A DNA stretch of 53,644 nucleotides from an uncultured bacterium (GCA_965372515.1 CBDVCO010000003.1:1-53644), one strand, 5' to 3'. Shown: positions 28,318-38,152, numbered from the stretch's first letter. Notes: generated by a model not told the origin, from the letters alone. Numbers and translations: made by a program.

Positions 28318-28938
28318 CTATTCCCTGCTCCTTAGTTTCTCTCTTGCCTCTTCGAGATCCTGGGGTGTATCAACGTCAGCAAAGCTCTCAACACCGTTTT
28401 CAATACTCTTTAGTTCAACATCGGTAACGTAGCGAACTTTAAGACCCTCGGTCTCTTCGAGAAAACGCGCCAGACTCCTTGCGCCTTTTTCATTAGAGGA
28501 GACTCGTTCTTCAAGCGGGGCCAGACACGCCCTCGAATAGATAGCGCATGTGGTCTGGGCCCTACCCTCAACCATCGGTACGACCGCGTCAAAGCCCTCT
28601 ACCTGTGCCACCAGATATTCTATCACCCGCCCACTCAACATCGGCAGGTCACATGAAACTATAAAGACCTTCTCCGCGCTGGCTTTATCCAGCGCCGCGC
28701 ATACCCCGAGCGCAGGGCCTCGCCCCGGCAGGGTATCTATTATAACGGGAAGCCCGTAGGCCTCGCCTAAAGCGCTGTCCTCATGCGCCCCAATATAGAG
28801 CTCGGCAAAGAGAGGACGAACCACATCGAGGACACGCTCCACCAGGGCCTTTCCCGCGAGATCGAGAGAAGCCTTGTCCTCGCCCATCCTCCTCGACTCT
28901 CCGCCGATGAGCACCACACATGCGATATCGTCTATCAT
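28318..28938 (-). CDS. mobA: Molybdenum cofactor guanylyltransferase
   Basis: GGESRRMGEDKA, GPALG, CDLP, VDTPQD. Confidence 0.9.
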   Translation of the reverse strand: MIDDIACVVLIGGESRRMGEDKASLDLAGKALVERVLDVVRPLFAELYIGAHEDSALGEAYGLPVIIDTLPGRGPALGVCAALDKASAEKVFIVSCDLPMLSGRVIEYLVAQVEGFDAVVPMVEGRAQTTCAIYSRACLAPLEERVSSNEKGARSLARFLEETEGLKVRYVTDVELKSIENGVESFADVDTPQDLEEAREKLRSRE

Positions 28939-28939
28939 A

Positions 28940-29506
28940 TTACTTCGCGCCCGGGCCGCCGGACTCGTCCTGCGCTTTACCTTCAAGCGAAAAGCGCTCC
29001 ATTATAAGATTCGCGAGCCCTTCGATGTCATCTAGCTCAAGGACCTCTACGCCGGGTTTGCCAAGCTCCGCTACGTCGAGATCGCTCATCACGGCTATCA
29101 ATCCGCCAACGCCCTCCTCGCTCGCACCGGGTGTACATATAGGTTTCGTTGAACGCTCGGAGCGCACCACCTCGATCTTGTCGCCCTCCTCCGTTAGAAA
29201 GCCCTCGACAAGGACGACGTCGAGCCCCGACATATAACTCTTTGCGAGAGTCGCAGGCGTCGGGTCGTCCGTAAGATCGGCGACATATTGAAGGCAATCG
29301 GGCCCGACAAAGAGCGTCCTCTCGGCACCGGCCTCCTTGTGGCGCCAGCTGTCCTTACCCGGCATATCCATTGGATGCGGGTGGCTCGAGTGCTTAATGG
29401 TGCCTATACGGAGCCCCCTCCACTTAAGCTCGCGAATAAGGCGCTCAAGCAAAGTGGTCTTACCGGACCCCGAAAGGCCTACGATTGAGATGATCGATGG
29501 TTTCAT
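28940..29506 (-). CDS. mobB: Molybdopterin-guanine dinucleotide biosynthesis protein B
   Basis: GLSGSGKTT, IKH, GKDSWRH, LVEGF. Confidence 0.92.
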   Translation of the reverse strand: MKPSIISIVGLSGSGKTTLLERLIRELKWRGLRIGTIKHSSHPHPMDMPGKDSWRHKEAGAERTLFVGPDCLQYVADLTDDPTPATLAKSYMSGLDVVLVEGFLTEEGDKIEVVRSERSTKPICTPGASEEGVGGLIAVMSDLDVAELGKPGVEVLELDDIEGLANLIMERFSLEGKAQDESGGPGAK

Positions 29507-29931
29507 GGATGGGCCGTGACCCACTGGTCGCCTGCGGGAGTGATCTCTTTCTTCCAAAGCGGAACGGTCTTCTTAAGCTCGTCTATGGCAAAGCGGCAGG
29601 CGTCGAAGGCCTGGGCCCGGTGCTCGGCCCCGGCCACTATAAGTACAATCTGTCCGCCGGGTTCTATCTCGGCGACCCGGTGGACGATCCTTAATTCTAT
29701 GATATCAAAACGCTCAAGCACGGCTTCCCTCAAAGCTCTGAGCGCGTCGAGCGCCATGGAGGCGTACTGCTCAAACTCTATGCTCTTCACGTCGCGCCCT
29801 TCGGAAAAATCACGAGCCGTGCCGAGAAAGGTAACGATGCCGCCTATCTTCAAAGAGCTTTTCTTCAACTCCGCGATCTCGTCCTCAACGGAGAAGTCCT
29901 CTTCTTGAATTCTAACGCTTTCCAAAATCAA
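29503..29931 (-). CDS. moaE: Molybdopterin synthase catalytic subunit
   Basis: GGIVTFLGTAR, HRV, AEHR, PLWKKE. Confidence 0.94.
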   Translation of the reverse strand: MILESVRIQEEDFSVEDEIAELKKSSLKIGGIVTFLGTARDFSEGRDVKSIEFEQYASMALDALRALREAVLERFDIIELRIVHRVAEIEPGGQIVLIVAGAEHRAQAFDACRFAIDELKKTVPLWKKEITPAGDQWVTAHP

Positions 29932-30167
29932 CCCCCTGAAAAAGGCGGCATTATAGCCACCTCGTCGCCGTCGTTTACTTTTGTATCGGGCCCGGCCTGT
30001 ACTTCGTTCACAGCCGTCATATATACGCCGACCTCGCCCTTGATATATTTCGCCCTCACCTCGTCTATAATATCCGCGAGCGTTTGACCTTCAGCTTTCG
30101 CAGAAAGTTCAATTTCGTGAACCCCAGCCTCTTTGGCGAATGTTCCGAAGAGGAGTACCCGTATCAT
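29928..30167 (-). CDS. moaD: Molybdopterin synthase sulfur carrier subunit
   Basis: Beta-grasp protein ending in AVN...GDEVAIMPPFSGG. Confidence 0.93.
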   Translation of the reverse strand: MIRVLLFGTFAKEAGVHEIELSAKAEGQTLADIIDEVRAKYIKGEVGVYMTAVNEVQAGPDTKVNDGDEVAIMPPFSGG

Positions 30168-30661
30168 CAGCTGCCCTCCCTCTCCCTTTCCCATGTCCCG
30201 CTCTTGCCGCCGCTCTTCTTTAAAAGCTCGACGCCACGAACACGCATGCCGCGGTCTATCGCCTTACACATATCGTAGATGGTAAGGAGCGCGGCGCTAA
30301 CTGCCGTCAGCGCCTCCATCTCTACACCGGTCGGCCCGACACAGCGTACCGTTACCGTCACATCGATAACGCCCCTGCCGTCGGCCTCTAAGTCTTCGAA
30401 GCTCACCTCGACCCCGGAGAGTTGGATCGGGTGGCACATTGGGATAAGATCCGGCGTGCGCTTTGCGGCCATCACCGCGGCGACGTCGGCAACGGCAAGT
30501 ACGTCGCCCTTCTTGATCTGCCCCTCTCTGATACGGGCTAATGTCGCCACCTCCATATCGATTGCACCGTGCGCTATTGCCTCGCGCGTGGTGGCGTCTT
30601 TTCCGGAGACATCGACCATGCGGCCGCGCCCCTGTTCGTTGAAATGGCTTAATTCGCCCAT
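30167..30661 (-). CDS. moaC: Cyclic pyranopterin monophosphate synthase
   Basis: MVDVSGK, LIPMCH, GVEMEAL, YDMCKA, KSGGKSG. Confidence 0.96.
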   Translation of the reverse strand: MGELSHFNEQGRGRMVDVSGKDATTREAIAHGAIDMEVATLARIREGQIKKGDVLAVADVAAVMAAKRTPDLIPMCHPIQLSGVEVSFEDLEADGRGVIDVTVTVRCVGPTGVEMEALTAVSAALLTIYDMCKAIDRGMRVRGVELLKKSGGKSGTWEREREGS

Positions 30662-30673
30662 TAGATGTTCCCC

Positions 30674-31360
30674 CTAAAAAGATACAAGAGGGACGACATT
30701 CAAGCGCCCCTTCTTTGAACTATCAATGATCCTGCCAGCCTCTAACTTGTACAACTTATCCGCCATGGTGTGGACCTCAGCAAAGTCGTGCGTCACCATA
30801 AGGATGGGTATATCCCACTCGCGCTGAATCTTTGATACGAACTTTCTAAGCTCCGGCCTAAGCTCCATATCGACCGCGCTAAAGGGCTCGTCCAAGAGGA
30901 GCATCTCCGGGCGCACGGCGAGAGCTCGGACAAGCGCCACACGCTGGGCCTCACCTCCGGATAAGTTTTTCGGATAGCGGTCAAGGAGATGCTCAATGCC
31001 GGCCTCTGAGCAAAGCTCGGAGAGCCAGTCATTTTTAGTTGCGCGTTTACCCTTCTCCGCTCTGGCGAGACCGAAACGAATATTGGCGTCGACAGTAAGC
31101 CAGGGGAAGAGCGCCGGGTCCTGAAAGAGGTAGCCGACCCTTCGAAGCTCCGGCGGGATCGAGGTCCCCTCGCCAAAGAAGGTCCGACCGGAGACGACAA
31201 TACGGCCCTCGTCAGGCGTATCGAGTCCGGCGACGAGCCTTAAGAGCGTCGTCTTGCCCGAACCGTTCGCTCCGGTCAGGGCGACGAACTCACGGCCGAA
31301 CTCGAGATCTACGTCGAGCGTAAAATGAGAAAAGGTTTTTCTTACGGCTATTGTTATCAT
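30674..31360 (-). CDS. modC: Molybdate ABC transporter ATP-binding subunit (short, no TOBE tail)
   Basis: GANGSGKT, LSGGE, LLDEP, VTHD. Confidence 0.9.
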   Translation of the reverse strand: MITIAVRKTFSHFTLDVDLEFGREFVALTGANGSGKTTLLRLVAGLDTPDEGRIVVSGRTFFGEGTSIPPELRRVGYLFQDPALFPWLTVDANIRFGLARAEKGKRATKNDWLSELCSEAGIEHLLDRYPKNLSGGEAQRVALVRALAVRPEMLLLDEPFSAVDMELRPELRKFVSKIQREWDIPILMVTHDFAEVHTMADKLYKLEAGRIIDSSKKGRLNVVPLVSF

Positions 31361-32052
31361 GCAAACCCCACGGTGCGTGAACTCCGGTTATAGTAATATA
31401 CTACCGACATAACCACAAAGGAAAAAGATAACATAATAAGGCTCATCACGGCGGCCTGCGAGTAGTTAAGTATCTCGACATTTTCGTAAATCGCGATGCT
31501 CGCCACCTTGGTCTCTCCGGGGATCGACCCGCCTACCATCAAGACGACGCCGAACTCGCCTACTGTGTGGGCAAAGCTAAGCATCGCCCCTGTTATAATA
31601 CCTACCCTCGCGCTTGGCAGGAGCACTCTCCAAAAAGTCTGCCACCTTCCGCAGCCAAGCGTCCTCGAGGTCTCTATAAACCTTGGGTCGATCGCTATAA
31701 AAGCGTTTTGTATAGGCTGAACAGCGAAAGGAAAGCTGTAGAGGATCGACGCGATAACTATGCCTGTAAATGAGAAGGCGAGGCCGTGGCCGAAGATGGC
31801 GTTAAAGGCCCTGCCAAATGGCGAGAGGTTGCCGACGGCGATGAGAACAAAAAAACCGAGCACAGTGGGCGGAAGCACAATGGGGAGCGCGAAGACCGCC
31901 TCGACGAGCGAGCGCCCCCTGAACCGATGAAAGGCCAAAAGATATGCCACAGGTGTAGCGAGTACCAAAAGGAGCACCGTAGTCACAAGCGCAAGCTCCG
32001 CTGAAAGGAGAATCGGCTGCCAGTCCATAATGATGTTTGCGTTATTCATCAC
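31357..32052 (-). CDS. modB: Molybdate ABC transporter permease
   Basis: LPIVLPPTVLGF, FAHTVGEFG, GSIPGET. Confidence 0.94.
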   Translation of the reverse strand: MMNNANIIMDWQPILLSAELALVTTVLLLVLATPVAYLLAFHRFRGRSLVEAVFALPIVLPPTVLGFFVLIAVGNLSPFGRAFNAIFGHGLAFSFTGIVIASILYSFPFAVQPIQNAFIAIDPRFIETSRTLGCGRWQTFWRVLLPSARVGIITGAMLSFAHTVGEFGVVLMVGGSIPGETKVASIAIYENVEILNYSQAAVMSLIMLSFSFVVMSVVYYYNRSSRTVGFA

Positions 32053-32848
32053 TCGTCCCGTCCGTCACATAACCGTATCTGGAAAATATCTCTATCGCCG
32101 GCTCGCTTGAGAGGAATTCTCTAAAACGGGCCGCTTCCTCGACAGCATCCTTCAAGACGACCCCGTCCTGGACTATCAATGGATAGAGGGCCTTGTCAAT
32201 CTCTACGAAATCCCCGGATTGTCCATATATTGTAGAGAGCGAGGTGATCGCCACATCGGCGTTACCTGTGCGCGCGTAGCTGAATGCCTGCGAAACACTC
32301 TCTCCGTAGACGATCTTCCTCTCGATATCGACGCTTCTGCCGCCGCCTTTCGGTTTATACCCGCCAATGACCACGTCCATAGCCGCTCTTCCGTAGGGGG
32401 CTGTCACCGGGTTTGCTATCGCTATTTTCTTAACACTCTCATCGTAAAGAATATCGAGGCCGCGCTCGCCAACCTTCAGGTCTTTACGATTGGTCCATAG
32501 CACCAGAGCCCCCCTTGCGTAAGTAAAACTACTCTCAGGCCCGGCAAACCCCTTTTCGATCAAGAGCGACGGGCGAAGCCTGTCCGCAGAGAGAAAGATA
32601 TCAAAGGGCGCGCCCTGCGTAATCTGCGCGTAGAGCTTGCCCGTAGAGCCGTGGACGATTCTAGCCTCTATGCCCGTAGCCTCTTCAAAGGCCCGGGCGA
32701 TCTCCTCAATCGGCCTAAGCGCGTTAGCCGCCACTGCCACGGTAACCCTGGCCTTGCCCGCGTCCGCGTGCGCTGATGACGGCAGAAAAAATAAGGCCGA
32801 TAATATTAGCGGCCCAAAAAAAGAGGAGATTACACCACGGATACTCAT
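32042..32848 (-). CDS. modA: Molybdate ABC transporter substrate-binding protein
   Basis: Signal peptide, AVAAN, GSTGKLYAQI..GAPFD, ANPVTAPYG, GESVSQ. Confidence 0.93.
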   Translation of the reverse strand: MSIRGVISSFFGPLILSALFFLPSSAHADAGKARVTVAVAANALRPIEEIARAFEEATGIEARIVHGSTGKLYAQITQGAPFDIFLSADRLRPSLLIEKGFAGPESSFTYARGALVLWTNRKDLKVGERGLDILYDESVKKIAIANPVTAPYGRAAMDVVIGGYKPKGGGRSVDIERKIVYGESVSQAFSYARTGNADVAITSLSTIYGQSGDFVEIDKALYPLIVQDGVVLKDAVEEAARFREFLSSEPAIEIFSRYGYVTDGTSDE

Positions 32849-33051
32849 TTAATAAACGATACCTCTGTGGCCTTTATGAGAGCGGTAACCCGGTCTCCGA
32901 CCTTCAGTTGCATATTCTCAACGCTCGTCGTGGTAATGACACCGGATACCTGATGCTCTCCGGCCTGAATAACTACCTCACAGACCACGTCACCCTTCTT
33001 TATCTCTATTATCTCACCCGGCAGTTGGTTTCTGCCTGAAAGCTGGACCAT
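32845..33051 (-). CDS. Molbindin / TOBE-domain molybdate-binding protein (Mop)
   Basis: SGRNQLPG, VIT..S, ALIKATEV; 68 aa. Confidence 0.92.
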   Translation of the reverse strand: MVQLSGRNQLPGEIIEIKKGDVVCEVVIQAGEHQVSGVITTTSVENMQLKVGDRVTALIKATEVSFIK

Positions 33052-33059
33052 ATACCCCC

Positions 33060-34106
33060 CTAACCCCCTATCTCTACCATCGACCTGTCGTGTCCGCTCC
33101 CACCGAAGTTATACTCACCTACCTCCGGCTTTAAGAGCACCGCCTTGCGTATAAGGGCAACGAGCTCTTCGTCCGAGGCATTGCTCCTTAGCGCCTCCTT
33201 GATATCGACGTCCTTGTCGGTAGGCAGACAAGAACGCAAGCGCCCGTCCGCCGTTAATCTTAGGCGATTACATATATCGCAGAAACGTTTGGACATAGGC
33301 GTAATAAGCCCAACCTCGCCCTTGCCGTTCTTAAGCGGCAGATATAAGGAGGCTGTGTTCTTTTGCTCCGGCGCTGAGCCAATATCGACTCGCTCAATAA
33401 TTCCCGGCATCTTCAAAATATCTTCGGTCGAGAGGTAGCTCTTCTCCCAGTCAAGGCCGTTGCTCATCGGCATAAACTCGATAAAGCGCGCGGTAAAGCC
33501 GCGCTTGGAGGCAAAGTCGATGATCGCGGGCAGTTCGTCGTCATTAAAGCCGCGCATGACAACCGTATTGAGCTTTAGAGGCGTTAGCCCCGCGTCCACT
33601 GCCGCATCTATGCCCTTTAAAACATCGGCTAGCTCGCCGCCGCAGGTAAGAGTATTGAAACGCTTAGGGTTTAAAGTATCGAGACTGACATTTACCCTCT
33701 TTAACCCGGCCTCAACAAGAGGGCGTGCGTATCTATCGAGCAATACGGCGTTGGTGGTCATGGCAAGGTCTTCTATTCCGTCAATCCCGGAAAGCATCGC
33801 AACCAGGCGGTCGGCGTTCTTCCTTACAAGCGGCTCGCCGCCGGTCAGCCTCACCTTGTTTATTCCAAGCCCTACCATCAAAGAGACAACCTTCAGCGTC
33901 TCCTCAAAGGTAAGGAGATCGTCGTGGTGCTTTGTTACCGCGTTCTCCGGACGGCAGTAAGTGCACTTGAAGTTACAGCGGTCCGTAAGCGAGACGCGCA
34001 GATACCTGATCCGGCGGTCGAACTTGTCCTTCATAACGGCCTTCTCAGCACTATCCGCGGCCTTTGGAGATGGCGGTTTATGCCCTGCTATATCATGGCT
34101 CTTCAT
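33060..34106 (-). CDS. moaA: GTP 3',8-cyclase
   Basis: YLRVSLTDRCNFKCTYC, TGGEP, FCDICNRLRLT, terminal IGG. Confidence 0.97.
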   Translation of the reverse strand: MKSHDIAGHKPPSPKAADSAEKAVMKDKFDRRIRYLRVSLTDRCNFKCTYCRPENAVTKHHDDLLTFEETLKVVSLMVGLGINKVRLTGGEPLVRKNADRLVAMLSGIDGIEDLAMTTNAVLLDRYARPLVEAGLKRVNVSLDTLNPKRFNTLTCGGELADVLKGIDAAVDAGLTPLKLNTVVMRGFNDDELPAIIDFASKRGFTARFIEFMPMSNGLDWEKSYLSTEDILKMPGIIERVDIGSAPEQKNTASLYLPLKNGKGEVGLITPMSKRFCDICNRLRLTADGRLRSCLPTDKDVDIKEALRSNASDEELVALIRKAVLLKPEVGEYNFGGSGHDRSMVEIGG

Positions 34107-34244
34107 AACTGAAACCCCTGTATATTCAAGGACGGCCGGATATCGGAAAGAAAGAGCGGCCCTGAATTTTTCTATAAAAACATATAATGGATAGCGATTT
34201 AAACGAGGGATAAGAAAAGAGAGTTAAACCCCCCTCCATATTAC

Positions 34245-34274
34245 AGATTACCAATAATATGCGGATTTTGTCAA
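34245..34274 (-). promoter_or_regulatory. Putative sigma70 promoter of the moa/mod operon
   Basis: TTGACA-N18-TAATCT, preceded by TG. Confidence 0.5.
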
Positions 34275-34411
34275 CAGGAAAGGCCCTTTACAAAGGGCAA
34301 AGGGGAGATGAAAAACCAGCACAACTATCTGGAAATACTACGAATTATCAAAGCCAGCGCATGCGTCAAGATGCCAATGCGGACCTCTCTATAAATATTC
34401 GCTTAATAGAG

Positions 34412-34440
34412 TTGACACAGGAGATTCATTAATATAGAAT
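34412..34440 (+). promoter_or_regulatory. Near-consensus sigma70 promoter of the DUF2299-like gene
   Basis: TTGACA-N17-TAGAAT, about 150 nt upstream of the ATG. Confidence 0.75.
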
Positions 34441-34594
34441 ACCTGTTTCACGAGATGCTCACGTCCCGGCTTCAGTCGCCGGGGATGATGAGGGGGTCGG
34501 GGTAGCAAAGCTTGCGCATACTAAAAGATCAGAGCAAGCCGGGCAAATACTCGAATATATAGAAATTCAGATATTTTAAAAGGAGGAACAAGAT

Positions 34595-35101
34595 ATGTCG
34601 ATCACCACACCTGAAGAGGCCAGCAAAGCGCTTAACAACTGGCTCGAAGAGAACAGTCACCAGGTCAGGGCTATTGAGGATGAGGCCGCCAACTTTCATT
34701 TTGAGATAGACTACCCACTCGGCTCGATGAAACGCCAGAGGATACTTCAGCCAAAGGACTATCCGGGCCTGTGCGTGCTGTTAAACGGCGTCGCCATAGC
34801 TGATACTCACAAAGAGAAACTTGGCCAGATGACGGAAGAAGAGAGGGACGTGTTCTACGATGAACTGCGTGCCGACCTGCTCTTCCTCGACAACAGCTAC
34901 GACATGAACACCGATGAAAAAGGTGTTGTTCAGCAGGTCCAGTTCTCTTATGAGTTCTACTTCGACGCCCTTACAAAGACACAGCTCTTCAGGGGCCTCT
35001 TGTTGAACCACAGGACACTGCTCTACATAGTAACCAGGTTCAATGCCAAATTCGGTATACCGATGATGCCCGAAGGCGCAGAGAGCGAAACGATCCAGTA
35101 A
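34595..35101 (+). CDS. DUF2299-like protein
   Basis: WLEE...DEAANFHF...QPKD...H...ER..F..EL..DLL...Y.DALTK..L pattern; AAGGAGG RBS; followed by a terminator. Confidence 0.7.
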   Translation: MSITTPEEASKALNNWLEENSHQVRAIEDEAANFHFEIDYPLGSMKRQRILQPKDYPGLCVLLNGVAIADTHKEKLGQMTEEERDVFYDELRADLLFLDNSYDMNTDEKGVVQQVQFSYEFYFDALTKTQLFRGLLLNHRTLLYIVTRFNAKFGIPMMPEGAESETIQ

Positions 35102-35117
35102 TTAAAATTATTAAACA

Positions 35118-35159
35118 CAATAAAAAAAGGCGGGGAAGATTTCCCCGCCTTTTTTATTG
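35118..35159. terminator. Bidirectional intrinsic terminator
   Basis: A7-GGCGGGGAA-GAT-TTCCCCGCC-T6 between convergent genes. Confidence 0.92.
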
Positions 35160-35195
35160 CCCTGAATCAGGCCTCATATATAGATCAAAGTATTC

Positions 35196-36020
35196 TTAGT
35201 GACAGGACCAATCGTCCGTACAGTTCTCAGCGCGCACCGCGGTTATCTCCGAATCGAGCGTCTTCCTGTTCTCAAGGAAGGGCGACTCCATCTTATCATG
35301 CCTGTCCCCGGCCTTCTCCGGAACAAAGTTCTTCTCAATCTCATTCATCCGTTTTAAGAGCAACTTTCTATCCTCAGCGCTCAGGCATTCATCGACCATA
35401 GTGAAGAACTCGTCGTCCTCTTTCTTGATATGGTTCTTGAGATTCGTAACAAGCGAATTGACTATGCCGTCCAGGATCTGGTCCTCCTGAAGGCCGCAGC
35501 GGAAAGAATGAAGCAATGAGATAAATTCCTTATGGTCCTCGTGTACAATCTGAATAAATGCTTGAGCCATAGGGTCCTTGGTCACGAGAATTGGAAAGAG
35601 CCCCTGCTCTTCCTTCTTTAGAGAGTGGAGGGTGATCTCGTTTTCAAGGGCGGCTGTCGCCGTCCAGAGCCCGTCTATATTCCTCTGGCGTAGCTGTTCC
35701 TCAAGACCCTCAAGCTTACTGAGTACCAACTTGTGCTCGGCCTTCAGTATCTGAATAGGATCGGTTGCGTCAACCTCTGCCGGACCTGCACCCGGGGCAG
35801 GTTCTTCGGCGGCCGCCTCGCTAACGGAGACTATCTTAAAGGGCTGGTTATAGCCCATCCGGCAGATTCCCCTCGGGCTCTTAAAGAGCTCTTCCTCATC
35901 ATAGGCCGTCTTAAGCTCCTCGAAATCAGCATTATCAAGCGTAAGCTCTCCCTTCTTGCAAAATACCTGGCATGAAGGGTGCTGGCATTGATATTTAACG
36001 GCAAAGATCTTTTGACTCAT
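35196..36020 (-). CDS. Hemerythrin/HHE-domain protein with a Cys-rich N-terminal domain
   Basis: LKAEH, HSLKKEEQGLFP, HEDH and HIKKEDDEFF di-iron pattern; N-terminal CQHPSCQVFC...C; Pro/Ala linker. Confidence 0.8.
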   Translation of the reverse strand: MSQKIFAVKYQCQHPSCQVFCKKGELTLDNADFEELKTAYDEEELFKSPRGICRMGYNQPFKIVSVSEAAAEEPAPGAGPAEVDATDPIQILKAEHKLVLSKLEGLEEQLRQRNIDGLWTATAALENEITLHSLKKEEQGLFPILVTKDPMAQAFIQIVHEDHKEFISLLHSFRCGLQEDQILDGIVNSLVTNLKNHIKKEDDEFFTMVDECLSAEDRKLLLKRMNEIEKNFVPEKAGDRHDKMESPFLENRKTLDSEITAVRAENCTDDWSCH

Positions 36021-36228
36021 GGTATGCCCCTCTCTCTTCGACTAAAGACCCCTGAAGGTCCGGTCATAGTAATCTCTTGTGGGCTCGATAATATCTCGGG
36101 TATATATAAAAGGCGAGCCCAATTAAATAAACAGGAAATCGAAATAATAAGCCCCGCGCATTACGGCGGGGCGACATCATCTTTGATTATACTAAAAAAG
36201 AGCCGTCAATTCAATTTCTTTATTATAC

Positions 36229-36494
36229 GTGTCGAGTCAAGCGTATATTGTCGCACTCAGCTCGCGAAGTGCGGTTAGCTGCTACCAGGCAAGCCTGAAG
36301 GCGCCTGAGCGAAGTACTAGCAATAGCTAATTCACAGGCCAGCCTGTTCTTCGCGAGCCCGAAGGGAGTCCCGCAAATCGCCCAATGCTTCGTTGCAAAA
36401 CACTTGAAATATATACAATATTACTGCGTGTTTTCGCCTTGCCTTGAACGATTTGCGAAACTCTGAGACCGATAATATACGCTTGACGCGACAC
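36229..36494 (+). repeat. Foldback / MITE-like element, copy 2 (longer variant)
   Basis: GTGTCGAGTCAAGCGTATATTGTCGCACTCAG ... CTGAGACCGATAATATACGCTTGACGCGACAC. Shares GCGGTTAGCTGC, AAGGCGC.TGAGCG and CCCGAAGGG with copy 1. Confidence 0.8.
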
Positions 36495-36500
36495 TCTATG

Positions 36501-36550
36501 AAAAAAGCATGATGCCCACCCGGTCTTAACTGACCGGGTGGGCATCATGC
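36501..36550 (-). terminator. Intrinsic terminator after narK1
   Basis: 19-bp stem GCATGATGCCCACCCGGTC followed by T6 on the minus strand. Confidence 0.88.
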
Positions 36551-36588
36551 GTCTTAAATATAGACTAAAAACGCGCTCTTAGCGCCTT

Positions 36589-38076
36589 TCAATCCTTGTG
36601 TTCTCCTCCGCCCATCAGGTCGCGGTCGACAGAAGATATGTGGTACTCTTCGCTGAACGCTCCATGAGGCTCCTTCAAGAATATAAGACAGAAGATGAAG
36701 CTTACGAACGCTCCGCCCGAGATTATGAAGAAGAAATGATTCGACTCGACAAAGGTAAGGATGGTCAGATAGAAGACCGCGCCGACATTACCGTACGCGC
36801 CTGCCATACCTGAGATCTGCCCCGTAATACGCCTCTTGATCGTCGGGATGATGGCGAATGTAGCGCCCTCGGCGCCCTGGACGAACATGGAGCACGCTAT
36901 AGTAAGGGCCGTGGCCAGATATAGCGGCCACCTCGCGTTTATAAGCGCCATACCGAAGAATCCGCAGGCAATACCGAACATATAGATCATCATAATGAGC
37001 TTACGGCTCTTCATCTTGTCCGAGAAGTATCCGCCAAGCGGCCTCGCTATGAGGTTGACGAAAGCGAATGAGGACGCGATCAGCCCCGCCTTGGTCGGCG
37101 TTAGCGAGAAGGTCCGCTCAAAGAAGGCCGGGAGCATCGAGACGACGGCAAGCTCGGCGCCGAAGTTACAGAAATATGTGGTATCGAGCGCCATGATCTG
37201 GTTGAAGTTGTACTTGTCGTCCTCGGGTACACCCTTCTTAAGTATCGGCACGTTTACGAGGAAGACCTGCACGATCTGATAACCAACGACTATGATTATA
37301 GCCAGATAGCAGATGGTAAGCCCCGTCGTAGTAAGGAAGCCTAGCCTGCCGAGCTTCCAGACCAGTATGGAGAGGATGCCGACCATCGGGATCGTAACGA
37401 TTATGAGCTTGATCATATCCTTCCAGCTGCTGACCTCCATGGCCGCGACCTTCCTCGGCTTGTGATGCACCGAGCCTTTCGGGCCGTCTGTAATGGCGAA
37501 CCAGTAGAAAATGCCGTAGAAGAACATAATTACGCCAGTGAAGGCGAGTGTGTAGCGCCATCCGTTATCGCCGCCGAAGATGTTAAAGGCTATGGCCGGA
37601 AGGGTTATCGCCGCGGCCGCGGAACCGAAGTTACCCCAGCCTGCGTAGAAACCCTCGGCAAAGCCGATGTCCCTCGGTTTGAACCACAACGCAGTCATGT
37701 GGATACCAACGACAAAACCAGCTCCGACGGAACTCAGTATAAGACGTGAAACGAGGAACTGGGTGAATGTGTTGCCGAAGGCGAATGCGAAAGTAGGTAT
37801 GGCCATTATGACCATAAGTATGGAAAAGACCCGGCGCGGGCCCCATTTATCCTGAGCCATGCCCACCATGATTCGCGCCGGAATGGTGAGCGCGACGTTA
37901 CAGATGGCAAAGACCTTAAGCTCCTTGGGAGTCAGCCAGGCTATCTGCTTGATCATGGTGGTGGCCATCGGGGCCATATTGAACCAGACATAAAAAGTAA
38001 TGAAGAATGCTATCCATGTTAGATGTAGTGCCCTGATCTCTGCGTTTTTAAATTTAAAGAGATCCGTTACATTCAT
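36589..38076 (-). CDS. narK: NarK/NasA-family MFS nitrate transporter (NarK1-like)
   Basis: HLTWIAFF, GAGFVVG, AGWGNFG, FGAELAVVSMLP, ARPLGG, GAYGNVG. Confidence 0.93.
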   Translation of the reverse strand: MNVTDLFKFKNAEIRALHLTWIAFFITFYVWFNMAPMATTMIKQIAWLTPKELKVFAICNVALTIPARIMVGMAQDKWGPRRVFSILMVIMAIPTFAFAFGNTFTQFLVSRLILSSVGAGFVVGIHMTALWFKPRDIGFAEGFYAGWGNFGSAAAAITLPAIAFNIFGGDNGWRYTLAFTGVIMFFYGIFYWFAITDGPKGSVHHKPRKVAAMEVSSWKDMIKLIIVTIPMVGILSILVWKLGRLGFLTTTGLTICYLAIIIVVGYQIVQVFLVNVPILKKGVPEDDKYNFNQIMALDTTYFCNFGAELAVVSMLPAFFERTFSLTPTKAGLIASSFAFVNLIARPLGGYFSDKMKSRKLIMMIYMFGIACGFFGMALINARWPLYLATALTIACSMFVQGAEGATFAIIPTIKRRITGQISGMAGAYGNVGAVFYLTILTFVESNHFFFIISGGAFVSFIFCLIFLKEPHGAFSEEYHISSVDRDLMGGGEHKD

Positions 38077-38152
38077 TTATTAGTACCCTCCTTCTCTTTG
38101 AAGATTTAGAACAGCCTCTTGCCGGTTGTTTGAGAGTAGAAATTTATGATAA

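Noticed and set aside
34107-34245. Moco riboswitch or ModE box in the moaA leader
   Set aside because: No recognisable Moco-RNA motifs. Only one ModE-like half-site (ATCGCTAT) is present, without a matching second half.
17251-36494. Composite transposon bounded by the two foldback elements
   Set aside because: The enclosed DNA holds core genes (prfB, lnt, lpxC), there is no transposase, and the copies are diverged.
35979-36548. ORFs 35979-36278 (+) and 36327-36548 (-)
   Set aside because: They overlap the foldback element and the terminator and show no protein-like features.
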